Source: Leucoraja erinacea
Lineage: Eukaryota
Reading direction: 5' to 3'
Length of the DNA stretch: 64,000 nt
Assembly: GCF_028641065.1 (NCBI RefSeq)
Contig: NC_073410.1
Coordinates: 2,976,001-3,040,000 of the forward strand
Shown here: positions 24,857 to 37,014 of the stretch, piece by piece
Layout of the letters: every line of letters begins with the position of its first letter
How positions within the stretch are numbered: the first letter of the stretch is position 1
Translations under genes and position numbers: made by a program
Notes under the pieces: model-generated
The model's database searches: none
Seen by the model: only the letters and a program-made list of their open reading frames with translations
What the model was told of the DNA's origin: nothing

Positions 24857-27175
24857 CTGTTGGTGAAAAGAAATACAATTAAAGTCTGCATCCTAAACAA
24901 CAATTATCTGAGAGTTCTGTAATGTGCAGGACTGCCTCATCAAAAACTGAGCAAAACTACAAATTTTGCAATTATGAAATACATTTTTGAAACAGCAAGT
25001 AGCCACACTTAATTTAATAATACTTCTTCAACAAGTTATGCCATCTCATGAAACAATCGGCAAGTTCAGTCAAATACTCACATTTCAAGGAACCTTCACA
25101 AGTCACGTTACTATAGGGAACAAAATGTAGAAAAATAAAATAACCACATTGAGTAATATTTCTTGCTTTGTCATCATTTATTGGAGAAAAAGTTTGCTCT
25201 ACATTCCACTACAGGTGGCCCCCATGTTATGGCCAGTTTATGGAGGCTAATCAAAGCTATCAAAAAATCTGAGATGCCCAATAAAATTAAATGAAGACAA
25301 AATGCAAAATAAACGGCAAATTTTGTCTCGTCATATTTTATCCACTTGCATTTTTTGATGCATGCATAGATATTGTGGCAAGTTTTGTTTTTGAACGCAG
25401 GGGTCACCTGTATACACAAACATGATTGAAAGGAATAGTAATAATAATCATAATCTAAATTGCAAAGTCACAGCTCTGGTGCACAATATCAGGCGCATAA
25501 TCAATAATTAAAAGCAGCATGACAAAATCCGGCACTGAAAGTTTTGCAGGAACGAACAATGATTTAAAACAAAAGCGAGACAGAAATAAGCATTCTCTAA
25601 TTATCAAGACTAGTGCGTTTTAGACAAGAAGCAAAAATGTGAACTCTCCAAGAGTGATTGCTCACATATTTGTTGTAAGAAAATGATTGTTGACCTTCAA
25701 ACATTCTAAAGGGAATTAAATTTAACACAAGGTAGCAGAAAGCAAAAGATTGAAAGCCTTGAATGATATTTCACGCCAGGATTAATTTTAAGATTAACTT
25801 GAAATAAAGCATGCATAATTTGTCCCTAAAAAGAAAAAACAATTGTATTCCATTTTACCCCAAACTGCAGATGAGGGTCAAGATTAATTTTGCTATACAA
25901 GTTGATAAGTTCTAGCAGAATTAGGCCATTCGGCCGCTCAAGTCTACTCCACCATTCAATCATGGCCGATCTATCTTTGCCTCGTAACCATTTAATATAG
26001 TAGCATCGTTTAAAACAACTGGATACCACAAGACATGAGACTGCACAACCATGCTGTGGTCGTCAGCGACAGACCACCACCATATTATCTGTGTCTTGCT
26101 TTTACAGGCCTAATAACCTGGTGTTCCATGTTGCTACAGACCACATTGAAATACTCTCGACTCCTTAGCTTCACACAAGTAGCCTACCCACTAAATATAG
26201 TGTCAACTGATCATTATAAAATATAATTCCACAACAAATTTGCACAATAAACCGTAATCTCAGAAAAATACCATTGCTCCACTATTTATATTGGCCAGAA
26301 CAAGTGTATTCTATCCAAAATAATGCCACAAACTTTTTTATCATTGTTATCTTTTATGTACATCCTCAGTAACTCAAACCCATACACATTAAAACAAATC
26401 AGCACTATATAACCGAGAGGACAACTTTCTAGAGCCTGTTCACTCTAATCTTTATCTTGCATCATTCAACTCTTTGCACTTAATTATGTTCATTTCATTT
26501 TAGTGTAATTCAGTTTTATAGAAGGAAGCCTGTAGATATATGTGTGTGTCTAGGTTTTCTCTCTTCTCATTATATATAACATTATATATAACATAATGTT
26601 TGCTTTAATATGAATTAAAACATAAATGTTCCCATGTGAAGCCTTTGAACAAAATGCCAATTCACAAGATACATTTGCTCCAATTTCATGATGCATGAAA
26701 ACTATTATGGTTATACTAAACTCCAATTGGGGTATAGCCTTATACTGTATGAATCTGTGAAAGCTGCATTATTCACAATTCCAGTCTCTGATGAGTGAAA
26801 CTGTAGCTCAATCAAAATTATTCATACTATCTCAAAACCAGCAAGAATTGGCATGATATTTTGGTAGAGGTTATGCAAGGACAATAAGGTAATAACTATT
26901 CAGAAATCCAAACAGCAGTAACTATGGCCTTTACTTCTAACATAATTTAAGGAAAACTAAACATGGATCTATCTGGGCATCAATGCAGCTCATCAATACT
27001 ATTCAAGCCTCAACCAATAAGATGTTTCAGATAATTTTTTGCTTGGCTTTGATCAGAAACCACCACCAATCCCACTTGAAAAACAGCATGCAAGACATCA
27101 AGTGGAGCAACATTGAGCAAGGCAAATTAGTCGCGTGCTGTGCGGGTCATCACACTCATGCATAGGCGTCAGTAC

Positions 27176-27195
27176 CTGCCACCGATGCTTCATTT
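27176..27195 (-). CDS. RPS24: RPS24 20-nt alternative cassette exon (AAA TGA..., adds K then stop)
   Basis: catcag|AAATGAAGCATCGGTGGCAG|gtactg; resembles my recollection of the mammalian 18-nt exon; downstream TGCATG motifs. Confidence 0.8.
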
Positions 27196-27946
27196 CTGAT
27201 GGACATTTTCGATAAGAGCATTAAAAAGAGGCAAAACAAAGTTAATTACTGTTATACAGGAACAAGTCAAATAAATAAATCTTAAAAAGAGAAGTTGGCA
27301 AACAGTTAGGAACATCAAAATTCACCGCAAAAAACAACACCTACCAACTATTTTAATTGACAAAGTTCCACTAGTCACACATTTAGCATGCTACCAGATT
27401 CTTTTTTGGGGTGAAAGAATTAGCAGGGCACGTTGATACGGGGATAGCCTTCCCTGGCAGCCATTTCCAGAAGTAGGTGTCACAACTACGAAGATGAGCC
27501 TCTTTGGGGGAAAAGGGCAAGGGAAACCAAAAAAGAGACAAGCTCCCCAAACACAAGAGTGAGCTTCTGCTGTCCACAATGACAGAAAATGTACAGCTTC
27601 AACTCTAAGATTTTTGCACCACCTGTCAATGTACCTGGTCCCGAAACTAAAAAGCTGAAGGTAATTATTTGGTGCATGGGGCCAAAAGGAATCACGGGGT
27701 ATGACTCACAGCTGAGCAACCCCTCACTACACTGCAACACCCCCAATATGTATTGTTTTAAGCCCATCGTCAGAACCATTCTACTTTTTACTACTGAGTT
27801 AGTGGGATAAATGTTCACATTGCACCATGCTGTACCAATCAATTGTAAAAAAACACATTTATATTAGAGATTCTATTCAGCTGTTGAAAATCTAAAGTGA
27901 TTGGTGAACAGAACACTGAAACTCCAACATGTACAAATAATTTTAC

Positions 27947-27949
27947 CTT
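27947..27949 (-). CDS. RPS24: RPS24 3-nt microexon AAG (Lys)
   Basis: Long polypyrimidine tract then ccacag|AAG|gtaaaa; a 3-nt exon is known at this position in human RPS24. Confidence 0.8.
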
Positions 27950-28343
27950 CTGTGGTCCAGAGAAGAAAAAGATAGCAAACATGAACAAAAAGAAAGACAA
28001 AAACTGAAAAGCACATTTCTCAAGATGGCAGTACGGTACTTCAAACAAATGTTAATGCAATAACACTTTCAAACGAACAAACCATAGTAAAAACAAATTA
28101 AAGCTAAATATGAAGCAAGTCAGAAAAATAGCAAGATCGAGGACCAACAGGCCAATGAAGAAGGCAGGTTTAGACAGAGGTATGGAGGAAGACAGCAAGG
28201 GATGTATGGAGAGATTTCAGGGATAAGCTGATAGGGATGTAGCTGATCAGATAGCTAGCTGCAGGGTCAATATTAAGAGTGAGAATCTAAATTGTGACAC
28301 AAAATGCAGGAGGATTAAATTTTCATTGCCACCAACAGTTTCA

Positions 28344-28756
<413 letters not shown>

Positions 28757-29389
28757 CTATGTATAAAATTAGAAAATGGGTGAGACCAGAATCAAAAATC
28801 ATTTCAAGAACATCGAATTAGATCTATAAAACTGCCCAGATATGCTGAGCGCTGTATCAAGAGTGAATACGTTAGAAACTGCAAAGAATGACCTCAAAAG
28901 GCAATGAAGAAGGGTCTCGGCCCGAGATGTCGCCTATTCCATCGCTCCATAGATGCTGCCTCACCAGCTTTATTGTCTACCTTCAAAAGGCAGCAATTCT
29001 CTCCTACTTCACAGCTGGTCGAAGGTGCCCTTTTAAAATACCCCCCCCCCCCCCACCACCATTTCCCTTTAGAAGGCAACAGAATCAAAATTATTGAAAA
29101 CACATGCACAATTCTCAAACTTAATGAATCACCTGTAATAAGGAATCACTATTTCAGGCCTAATCAAATACTGGCTGCCTCACAGCTCCGGCAATCCAGG
29201 ATCATTTCCGACCTCTGGTGCTCTCAGTGAGGAGTCTGCACTCAGAGTATTGCCTTCTGCATCTCAAAAACATGCCGGCTGGGAGGACATTTGGTTCCTG
29301 TAAATTGCCTCTAGTGTGGAGGTAAGTGCTAGAAACGGAGGTGTGGAGGGAGAAGCCTATGCACATATGGAATATAATGAATTAGGATA

Positions 29390-29675
29390 GACTTTAGAGA
29401 CACAGCAGGGAAACAGGTCCTTCAGCCCACCGAGTCTGTGCTGACCTGCGATCACTAGCGCTACCCTACACGAGGGACAATTTACAACTTACCAAAGCCA
29501 ATTAACCTACAAAGCTGTACGTCTTTGGAGTGTGGGAGGAAACTGGAGCACCCGGAGAAAACTCACATGTACACAAGGAGAACATACGAACTCCGTACAG
29601 ACTGCACTCATAGTCAGGATCGAACCCGGGTCCCTGGCGCTGCAAGGCAGCAACTCTACCGCTGCTTCACTGGGT
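29390..29675 (-). mobile_element. HE1-like SINE in RPS24 intron 2
   Basis: Reverse-strand GGTTCGATCC B-box and V-domain. Confidence 0.8.
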
Positions 29676-30028
29676 GGCCCCAGCTGCAGATGGGATTATG
29701 AAACTTTCACTTTTGTGCTGTCCAGTTCATCTACGCGTAAAATTGCACACCAAACTAGATGCTAGAATCTTGTGCAAAACAATAAAGTGTTGGTGGAACT
29801 CTGCAGGTTAGGCCGCATCAGTGGAGGGAATTAACAGATGACATTTCTTCTGAAGAATGATGCTGATCCAAAACATCACCTATCCTTTTCCTTCCTGGTC
29901 ATCCAGCACTTTATTTTTTGCTTAGTTCATCTAAGCTTTGGTTATTTAAATAGTGACGACTGAAGGAAAAAATAAGAGCTCTACTTCTGACCCTTGATAA
30001 AAAGCAAGCAAGCAAAGCCAAAGCACTA

Positions 30029-30256
<228 letters not shown>

Positions 30257-30269
30257 TTATTAAACCAAA

Positions 30270-30968
30270 TCACACCTCTCATCCTTCTAAACTCCAGTGA
30301 ATACAATCCCAGTCAACCCATTCATACCTCATGTCAGTCCCGCCATCACGGGAATTAACTTGATGAACCTACGCTGCAATCCCTCGATAGCAGGAATGTC
30401 TTTCCTCAAATTAGGAGAACAAAACTGCACAACATCAGCAGCCACCAGGGCACTAGCAGCCAAGTCTAGATTATATTGGGCCACTGCTCCAACATCGTGG
30501 AGCTCATGTGTGGAGAGCTTCCAACGCGGGCGGCGCTGAACGTCATTGTGGAGTCCTGGGGCGCCTTGCAGAGGGTCTCCAGCAGCAATCTCCACCCGGC
30601 GCAGCCTGTGGACTTTGGGAGCCGCAGGAGGGGGCCGACTCTGTATCCACGCCGCTGAGGACGTCCCGCAGCACTGACGTCAGACTTACAACACCCCGGC
30701 GAGCGGTCCTGGACATCGGGCCGCCCGTAGCGGCAACTGCGGAGGGCATGGGGAGGCCCTGACCACGGGGAATAGTGGAGGAAGAAGACTGACTTTGGTG
30801 CCTTCCCACACAGTGGGGAACTTTAATTCTGCTGTGTGGGGATGTTTTATGTCAAACCCTATAGTGTGTTGTGTCCTGTTTATTTTTATTGTATGGATGT
30901 ATGGAAATTCATTTCACTGTGCCATCAGGCACATGTGACAATTAAATCTATCTTGAATCTTGAATCTC
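30270..30968. mobile_element. CR1 fragment (minus, 30270-30432) adjoining a GC-rich retroelement 3' part with TGTGACAATTAAA-(CTTGAAT)n tail (plus)
   Basis: VQFCSPNLRKDIPAIEGLQRRFIKLIP; tail similar to 60450-60770. Confidence 0.6.
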
Positions 30969-31186
30969 GATTCAATTTAATTGTCACATGTACCAATTTA
31001 AGGTACAGTGAAATTTGAGTTACCATATAGCCATACTAAGTGAAAAGCAAAGAATACACACAGCACATAAAATAAAGCTCTGCCTCAGTCTGTGGCAGTA
31101 GCAGCACTAGCAGACACCTCTGCCCACCCACCTTGTCTGTAGAAGCATCATCCCAGGCTCTGGCTCAGTGTGCAACATGGGCAAGG

Positions 31187-31558
31187 CATCAGTAGATGAG
31201 GCCAGGCACCAACAACATCAGTAGATGAGGCCAGGCACCAACAACATCAGTAGATGTGGCCAGACATCAACATATTAGATGAGGCCAGGTACCAACAACA
31301 TCAGTAGATGAGGCCAGGCATTAACAACATCAGTAGATGAGGCCAGGCACCAACAACATCAGTAGATGAGGCCAGACACTAACTACATCAGTAATTGAGG
31401 CCAGACACCAACAACATCAGTAGATGAGGCCAGGCACCAACAACATCAGTAGATGAGGCCAGACACTAACTACATCAGTAATTGAGGCCAGACACTAACA
31501 ACATCAGTAGATGAGGCCAGGCACCAACAACATCAGTAGATGAGGCCAGACACTAACA
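31187..31558 (+). repeat. 29-bp minisatellite, ~13 copies, RPS24 intron 1
   Basis: Unit CATCAGTAGATGAGGCCAGGCACCAACAA; starts at 31187, 31216, 31245... Confidence 0.93.
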
Positions 31559-31953
31559 GCCCAGTCTGTAGCTGCAGCAGTAACACTAGCAGCCCAGGCT
31601 CTCCCTCAGTGTGTAGTAGTAGTAGTTGTAGTAGTAGCCGCCGAGGCTTTGCCCCAGTCCCCAGTCCGTGGCAGTAGTACCAGCAGACCAGGCTCTAGCC
31701 CAGACTATAGCGAGGGCAGGGCATCAGCAGCCACCCCCCCCCCAGTCTACAGCAGCCGAGGCCCAGGCTTCCTACACGACCAGGCCGCGGGCCCATTAAA
31801 AGCACCAATCCGCCGCGCTGGGGATGAAATGGAGCGGGCATGAGCCGGGGTGGAGGTGGTGCTGGGCAGGGGCGGCGATGTCGGGGCAGTGTAGCGGCGG
31901 ATGGCGGGGATTGGGCTGGGATTGAGCGCGGATGGCGGCCGCCCCTCACTCAC

Positions 31954-31956
31954 CAT
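31954..31956 (-). CDS. RPS24: RPS24 exon 1 coding part (ATG only)
   Basis: GCAGCAGAG-ATG|gtgagt within a CpG island; gives M-NDTV in frame. Confidence 0.9.
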
Positions 31957-32045
31957 CTCTGCTGCCGCCGCCGCGCCGCGCTGCCAAAGGGCGAAGGACC
32001 CCTCGCACGTCAATCAAGTCACCTCGGGCACGCCCACGCTGCTGC
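31957..32045 (-). promoter_or_regulatory. RPS24: RPS24 5' UTR / promoter with TOP-like pyrimidine start and CRE-like TGACGT
   Basis: Minus strand TCCTTCGCCCTTT (31986-31998) upstream of ATG; CpG-rich 31640-32045. Confidence 0.6.
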
Positions 32046-32055
32046 CTGATTAAAA

Positions 32056-34357
32056 CTTTTATTTTACCTTCAAACTTTCCCATAAGTAAAATATTATTTG
32101 ACAATATACACTAATTTGAAATGTGTGACTTACTTTTATTTTACCTTCAAACTTTACCATAAGGAAAGTGCCACTTTCATTTCACTGCACATCTCGTATG
32201 TGTATGTGACAAATAAACTTGACTTGACTTGAAGTAAAATATTATTTGACAATAGACAGTAATTTGAAATGTGTGACTTACTTTTACTTTACCTTCAAAC
32301 TTTCCCATAAGTAAAATGTTATTTGACAATCGACAGTAATTTGAAATGTGTGACTTACTTTTATTTTACCTTCAAACTTTCCCATAAGTAAAATATTATT
32401 TGACAATATACACTAATTTGAAATGTGTGACTTACTTTTATTTTACCTTCAAACTTTCCCATAAGTAAAATATTATTTGACAATATACACTAATTTGAAA
32501 TGTATGACTTACTTTTATTTTACCTTCAAACTTTCCCATAAGTAAAATATTATTTGACAATATTTTCACACAGAGAGTGGTGAATCTCTGGAACTCTCTG
32601 CCACAGAGGGTAGTTGAGGCCAGTTCATTGGCTATATTTAAGAGGGAGTTAGATGTGGCCCTTGTGGCTAAGGGGATCAGGGGGTATGGAGAGAAGGCAG
32701 GTACGGGATACTGAGTTGGATGATCAGCCATGATCATATTGAATGGCGGTGCAGGCTCGAAGGGCCGAATGGCCTACTCCTGCACCTAATTTCTATGTTT
32801 CTAATATACACTAATTTGAAATGTGTGACTTACTTTTATTTTACCTTCAAACTTTCCCATAAGTAAAATATTATTTGACAATATACACTAATTTGAAATG
32901 TGTGACTTACTTTTATTTTACCTTCAAACTTTCCCATAAGTAAAATATTATTTGACAATATACACTAATTTGAAATGTGTGACTTACTTTTATTTTACCT
33001 TCAAACTTTCCCATAAGTAAAATATTATTTGACAATATACACTAATTTGAAATGAATGACTTACTTTTATTTTACCTTCAAACTTTCCAATAAATAAAAT
33101 ATTATTTGACAATAGACAGTAATTTGAAATGTGTGACTTACTTTTATTTTACCTTCAAACTTTCCCATAAGTAAAATATTATTTGACAATATATATTAAT
33201 TTGAAATGTATGACTTACTTTTATTTTACCTTCAAACTTTCCCATAAGTAAAATATTATTTGACAATAGACAGTAATTTGAAATGTGTGACTTACTTTTA
33301 TTTTACCTTCAAACTTTCCCATAAGTAAAATATTATTTGACAATATACACTAATTTGAAATGAATGACTTACTTTTTTTAAAAACTTTTTTCACGCAGAG
33401 AGTGGTGAATCTCTGGAACTCTCTGCCACAGAGGGTAGTTAGTCGAGGCCAGTTCATTGGCTATATTTAAGAGGGAGTTAGATGTGGCCCTTGTGGCTAA
33501 GGTGATCAGGGGGTATGGAGAGAAGGCAGGTACGGGATACTGAGTTGGATGATCAGCCATGATCATATTGAATGGCGGTGCAGGCTCGAAGGGCCGAATG
33601 GCCTACTCCTGCACCTAATTTCTATGTTTTCTATGTTTTATTTTACCTTCAAACTTTCCCATAAGTAAAATATTATTTGACAATATACACTAATTTGAAA
33701 TGAATGACTTACTTTTATTTTACCTTCAAACTTTCCCATAAGTAAAATATTATTTGACAATATACACTAATTTGAAATGTGTGACTTACTTTTATTTTAC
33801 CTTCAAACTTTCCCATAAGTAAAATATTATTTGACAATATACACTAATTTGAAATGAATGACTTACTTTTTTAAAAAAACTTTTTTCACGCAGAGTGGTG
33901 AATCTCTGGAACTCTCTGCCACAGAGGGTAGTTGAGGCCAGTTCATTGGCTATATTTAAGAGGGAGTTAGATGTGGCCCTTGTGGCTAAGGGGACCAGGG
34001 GGTATGGAGAGAAGGCAGGTACGGGATACTGAGTTGGATGATCAGCCATGATCATATTGAATGGCGGTGCAGGCTCGAAGGGCCGAATGGCCTACTCCTG
34101 CACCTAATTTCTATGTTTCTATGTTTTATTTTACCTTCAAACTTTCCCATAAGTAAAATATTATTTGACAATATACACTAATTTGAAATGTTTGACTTAC
34201 TTTTATTTTACCTTCAAACTTTCCCATAAGTAAAATATTATTTGACAATATATACTAATTTGAAATGTGTGACTTACTTTTATTTTACCTTCAAACTTTA
34301 CCATAAGTAAAATATTATTTGACAATATACACTAATTTGAAATGTGTGACTTACTTG
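32056..34357. repeat. 77-bp AT-rich tandem satellite (~20 units) interrupted by three CR1 3'-end copies and one short LINE tail
   Basis: Unit TTTTATTTTACCTTCAAACTTTCCCATAAGTAAAATATTATTTGACAATATACACTAATTTGAAATGTGTGACTTAC; ACCTTC at 32291, 32368, 32445; inserts ~32160-32232, 32563-32802, 33378-33636, 33872-34123. Confidence 0.95.
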
Positions 34358-34773
34358 CATATATAAATATATATATACCTTTGGATGTTTGACTATACAC
34401 CAATTTGACTTATTTGCAAATGTAAAAACATACTTTTAATCTGGATTTTTAACGTGTTTAAAAAAATCCAGATTAAACACAATGTATTGTGTTTAAAAAA
34501 TATATAAAATACCCGAAATGTCATCCATTCCTTTTCCCCAGAGATGCTGCCTAACCCGCTGAGTTACTCTAGGTTTTTGTGTCTTTTTTCAGAGATGGTG
34601 CCTGAATCACAGAAAGCAGTGGAGGCCAATTCACTGGATGTATTCAAGAGAGAGTTAGATAGAGCTCTTAGGGCTAAAGGAATCAGATTTCGGGTTACTG
34701 ATTTTGGATGAACAGCCATGATCATATTGAATGGCGGTGCTGGCTTGAAGGGCCGAATGACCTACACCTGCAG

Positions 34774-35120
34774 TGTTCAAGAAGGAACTGCAGATGCTGG
34801 AAAATCGAAGGTACACAAAAATGTTGGAGAAACTCCAGCAGCAGCATCTATGGAGCGAAGGAAATAGGTAACGTTTCGGGCCGAAACCCTTCTTCAGACT
34901 CCATAGATCTCCCATTTGTATACATTTATTTGCTTATGTACCAGTTTAATTCATCCACAGTCCACACATTGTTAACCAGTATTTTTATTTCTACTATCTT
35001 GCATTATGACCAGAAGCTAAACTGCATTTCGTTGTACCTGTACTCGTATTTGTGCAATGACAATAAAGTTGAATTGACTAGATGCTGCTGCACCCGCTGA
35101 GTTTCTCCAGCATTTTTGTG
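34774..35120. mobile_element. Penelope-like element with intact minus-strand hammerhead core (34870-34897), nested in a CR1 3' end
   Basis: Reverse strand CTGAAGAAGGGTTTCGGCCCGAAACGTT. Confidence 0.65.
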
Positions 35121-35354
35121 GACCTACACCTACACCTGTTTTTCTGTTTCTATATTTTTTTTATGAATGGCTGGAGTTTCTTGTATACCAGCTGCTATAA
35201 GGTTTTATAATGCACAAAAATTTTAACTTATTATGTATTGAAGATATCTGTTGAAATGTGTGGTGTTATGTCTGTCTTGAAGCTGTTGTGGCACTGTAAT
35301 TTCCTGTAAAGGATTATTAAAGGTTATTCATTCATTCATTCATTCAGTTTCTGC

Positions 35355-35850
35355 AGCTTGGCGCCACCCACTCTTCCAGTGACGTAATGCGCGCTTCCCT
35401 GGTTGGTGCGTGCGGCCGTCGGTCACGTCGCCGGGCCGGGCCGGCAAGGCAAGGCAAGGCAAGGCATGCCGGGATCTGTAGTCCACTGTGGAGCTCCGGC
35501 CATTGGTTCCCGGCTCCGCCACGACGGTGAGAAACTACAGCGTTCGGGGACGCAGACAAGGCAGGTAAAATAGGATTGCCGGTGGGAAACGGCGGTTAGC
35601 GAGGCGGTGAAGATGTTCGGGCGGTAGTGGAGCGTCTCCGCTGTCGCCGGCGGCCGCCTGGACCTCTGTAAAGCCGAGTTTGCGGGATCTCCCCGCTGGG
35701 CCCGGGCCCGGGCCCGCCCCCTCGCCCGCCGCCATCTTGAGGTGGCCGCCGCTGCCGGTTGTCGTCTGTCATGGCGGCCTGAGGTGCAGCAGCACCGGCG
35801 CCACTGTCCCTCCCTCCCTCCCCGACCCACCCCAACCCAACCCATTGCAG
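35355..35850 (+). promoter_or_regulatory. PARG: PARG CpG-island promoter: ZNF143/SBS-ACTACA motif (35464-35484), CRE-like TGACGTAA (35380-35387), CCAAT (35502-35506, minus), YY1 GCCGCCATCTTG (35728-35739); possible 5' UTR intron
   Basis: Minus strand GGACTACAGATCCCGGCATGC; donors at 35527 and 35565, acceptor ending 35850. Confidence 0.7.
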
Positions 35851-35867
35851 TTGCCATCCCAATTAAT

Positions 35868-35985
35868 ATGAGCGCAGAGCCGGCGAGGAAAAGGTTGCGG
35901 CCCGAGGTTTGCCCGCAGCAGCTCTCCTCTCACAGCGGGGCCGGGCCGGGAGAGAGCAGCTCTGGCACTGCAGGCTGCAGCAAAG
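35868..35985 (+). CDS. PARG: Poly(ADP-ribose) glycohydrolase coding exon 1 (118 nt)
   Basis: MSAEPARKRLRP, an NLS like human CEPCTKRPRW; donor AAG|gtctgt gives correct phase into the next exon. Confidence 0.7.
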
Positions 35986-36016
35986 GTCTGTAACCAGGCA
36001 GTGCCCGGCCTTGGTG

Positions 36017-36760
36017 CACACACAATATATATACACACGTACACAATATACATACACACGTACACAATATACATACACACACACACACCCTATATACACA
36101 CACACACAATATACATACACACGTACACAATATACATACATACACACACACACCCTATAGACACACGCACACAATACGCAAACAAGATACACATACACAC
36201 ACTATACACCCTATATACACACGCACACAATATACACACAATATACACACACTATACACCCTATAGACACACGCACACAATACGCAAACAAGATACACAT
36301 ACACACACTATACACCCTATATACACACGCACACAATATACACACAATATACACACACTATACACCCTATAGACACACGCACACAATACACAAACAATAT
36401 ACACATACACACACTATACACCCTATATACACACGCACACAATATACATACATACATACACCCTATAGACACACGCACACAATACACAAACAAGATACAT
36501 ACACACAATATACATACACACACTATACACCCTATATACACACGCACACAATACACAAACAATATACACACACAATATATACACATAATGCACGCACACT
36601 ATATGTGTGCACACACACACTATATTCACACACACCACATCAACAATACACACACGCACTATATTCACACACACCACACCGACAATATACACACACACAA
36701 TATAGATGCACACTATTCATACACACACACACGCTGACAATATGCACACAATACACACAC
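36017..36760. repeat. Complex (CA/TA)n microsatellite with higher-order repeats
   Basis: Recurrent CACCCTATAGACACACGCACACAATA blocks. Confidence 0.92.
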
Positions 36761-37014
36761 CGCACCGACTTTAAGACTTTTGCCTTCCATCACAGTGAGG
36801 AGGTGCCTGGTGAACTCACTGTGGTGGATGTTAATTTGTGTTTATAGTGTGTTTTTGTTATTTATTATTATATGTATGACAGGCAGGCACAATAAAGGAA
36901 ATTCAATTCAATTCAATTTGGAATACCCACAAACACCCACACACAATAAATAAATAAACACACACAATAAACATGCCACACAATAAACACACCACACACA
37001 ATAAACACAAAACA

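Noticed and set aside
26788-26801. CTGATGAGTGAAAC hammerhead-like string
   Set aside because: No room for stem II and no supporting stems; chance match
31187-31558. CRISPR-like appearance of 29-bp repeats
   Set aside because: Head-to-tail units with no unique spacers, no cas genes, vertebrate intron context
32056-34357. 77-bp repeats with inserts as a repeat-spacer array
   Set aside because: The three long inserts are near-identical CR1 3' ends, not unique spacers
35423-35862. Minus-strand GC-rich ORFs as a possible TIMM23 or POLR3A first exon
   Set aside because: No similarity to either N-terminus and no downstream exons before RPS24; CAAGATGGCGGC is better explained as a YY1 site
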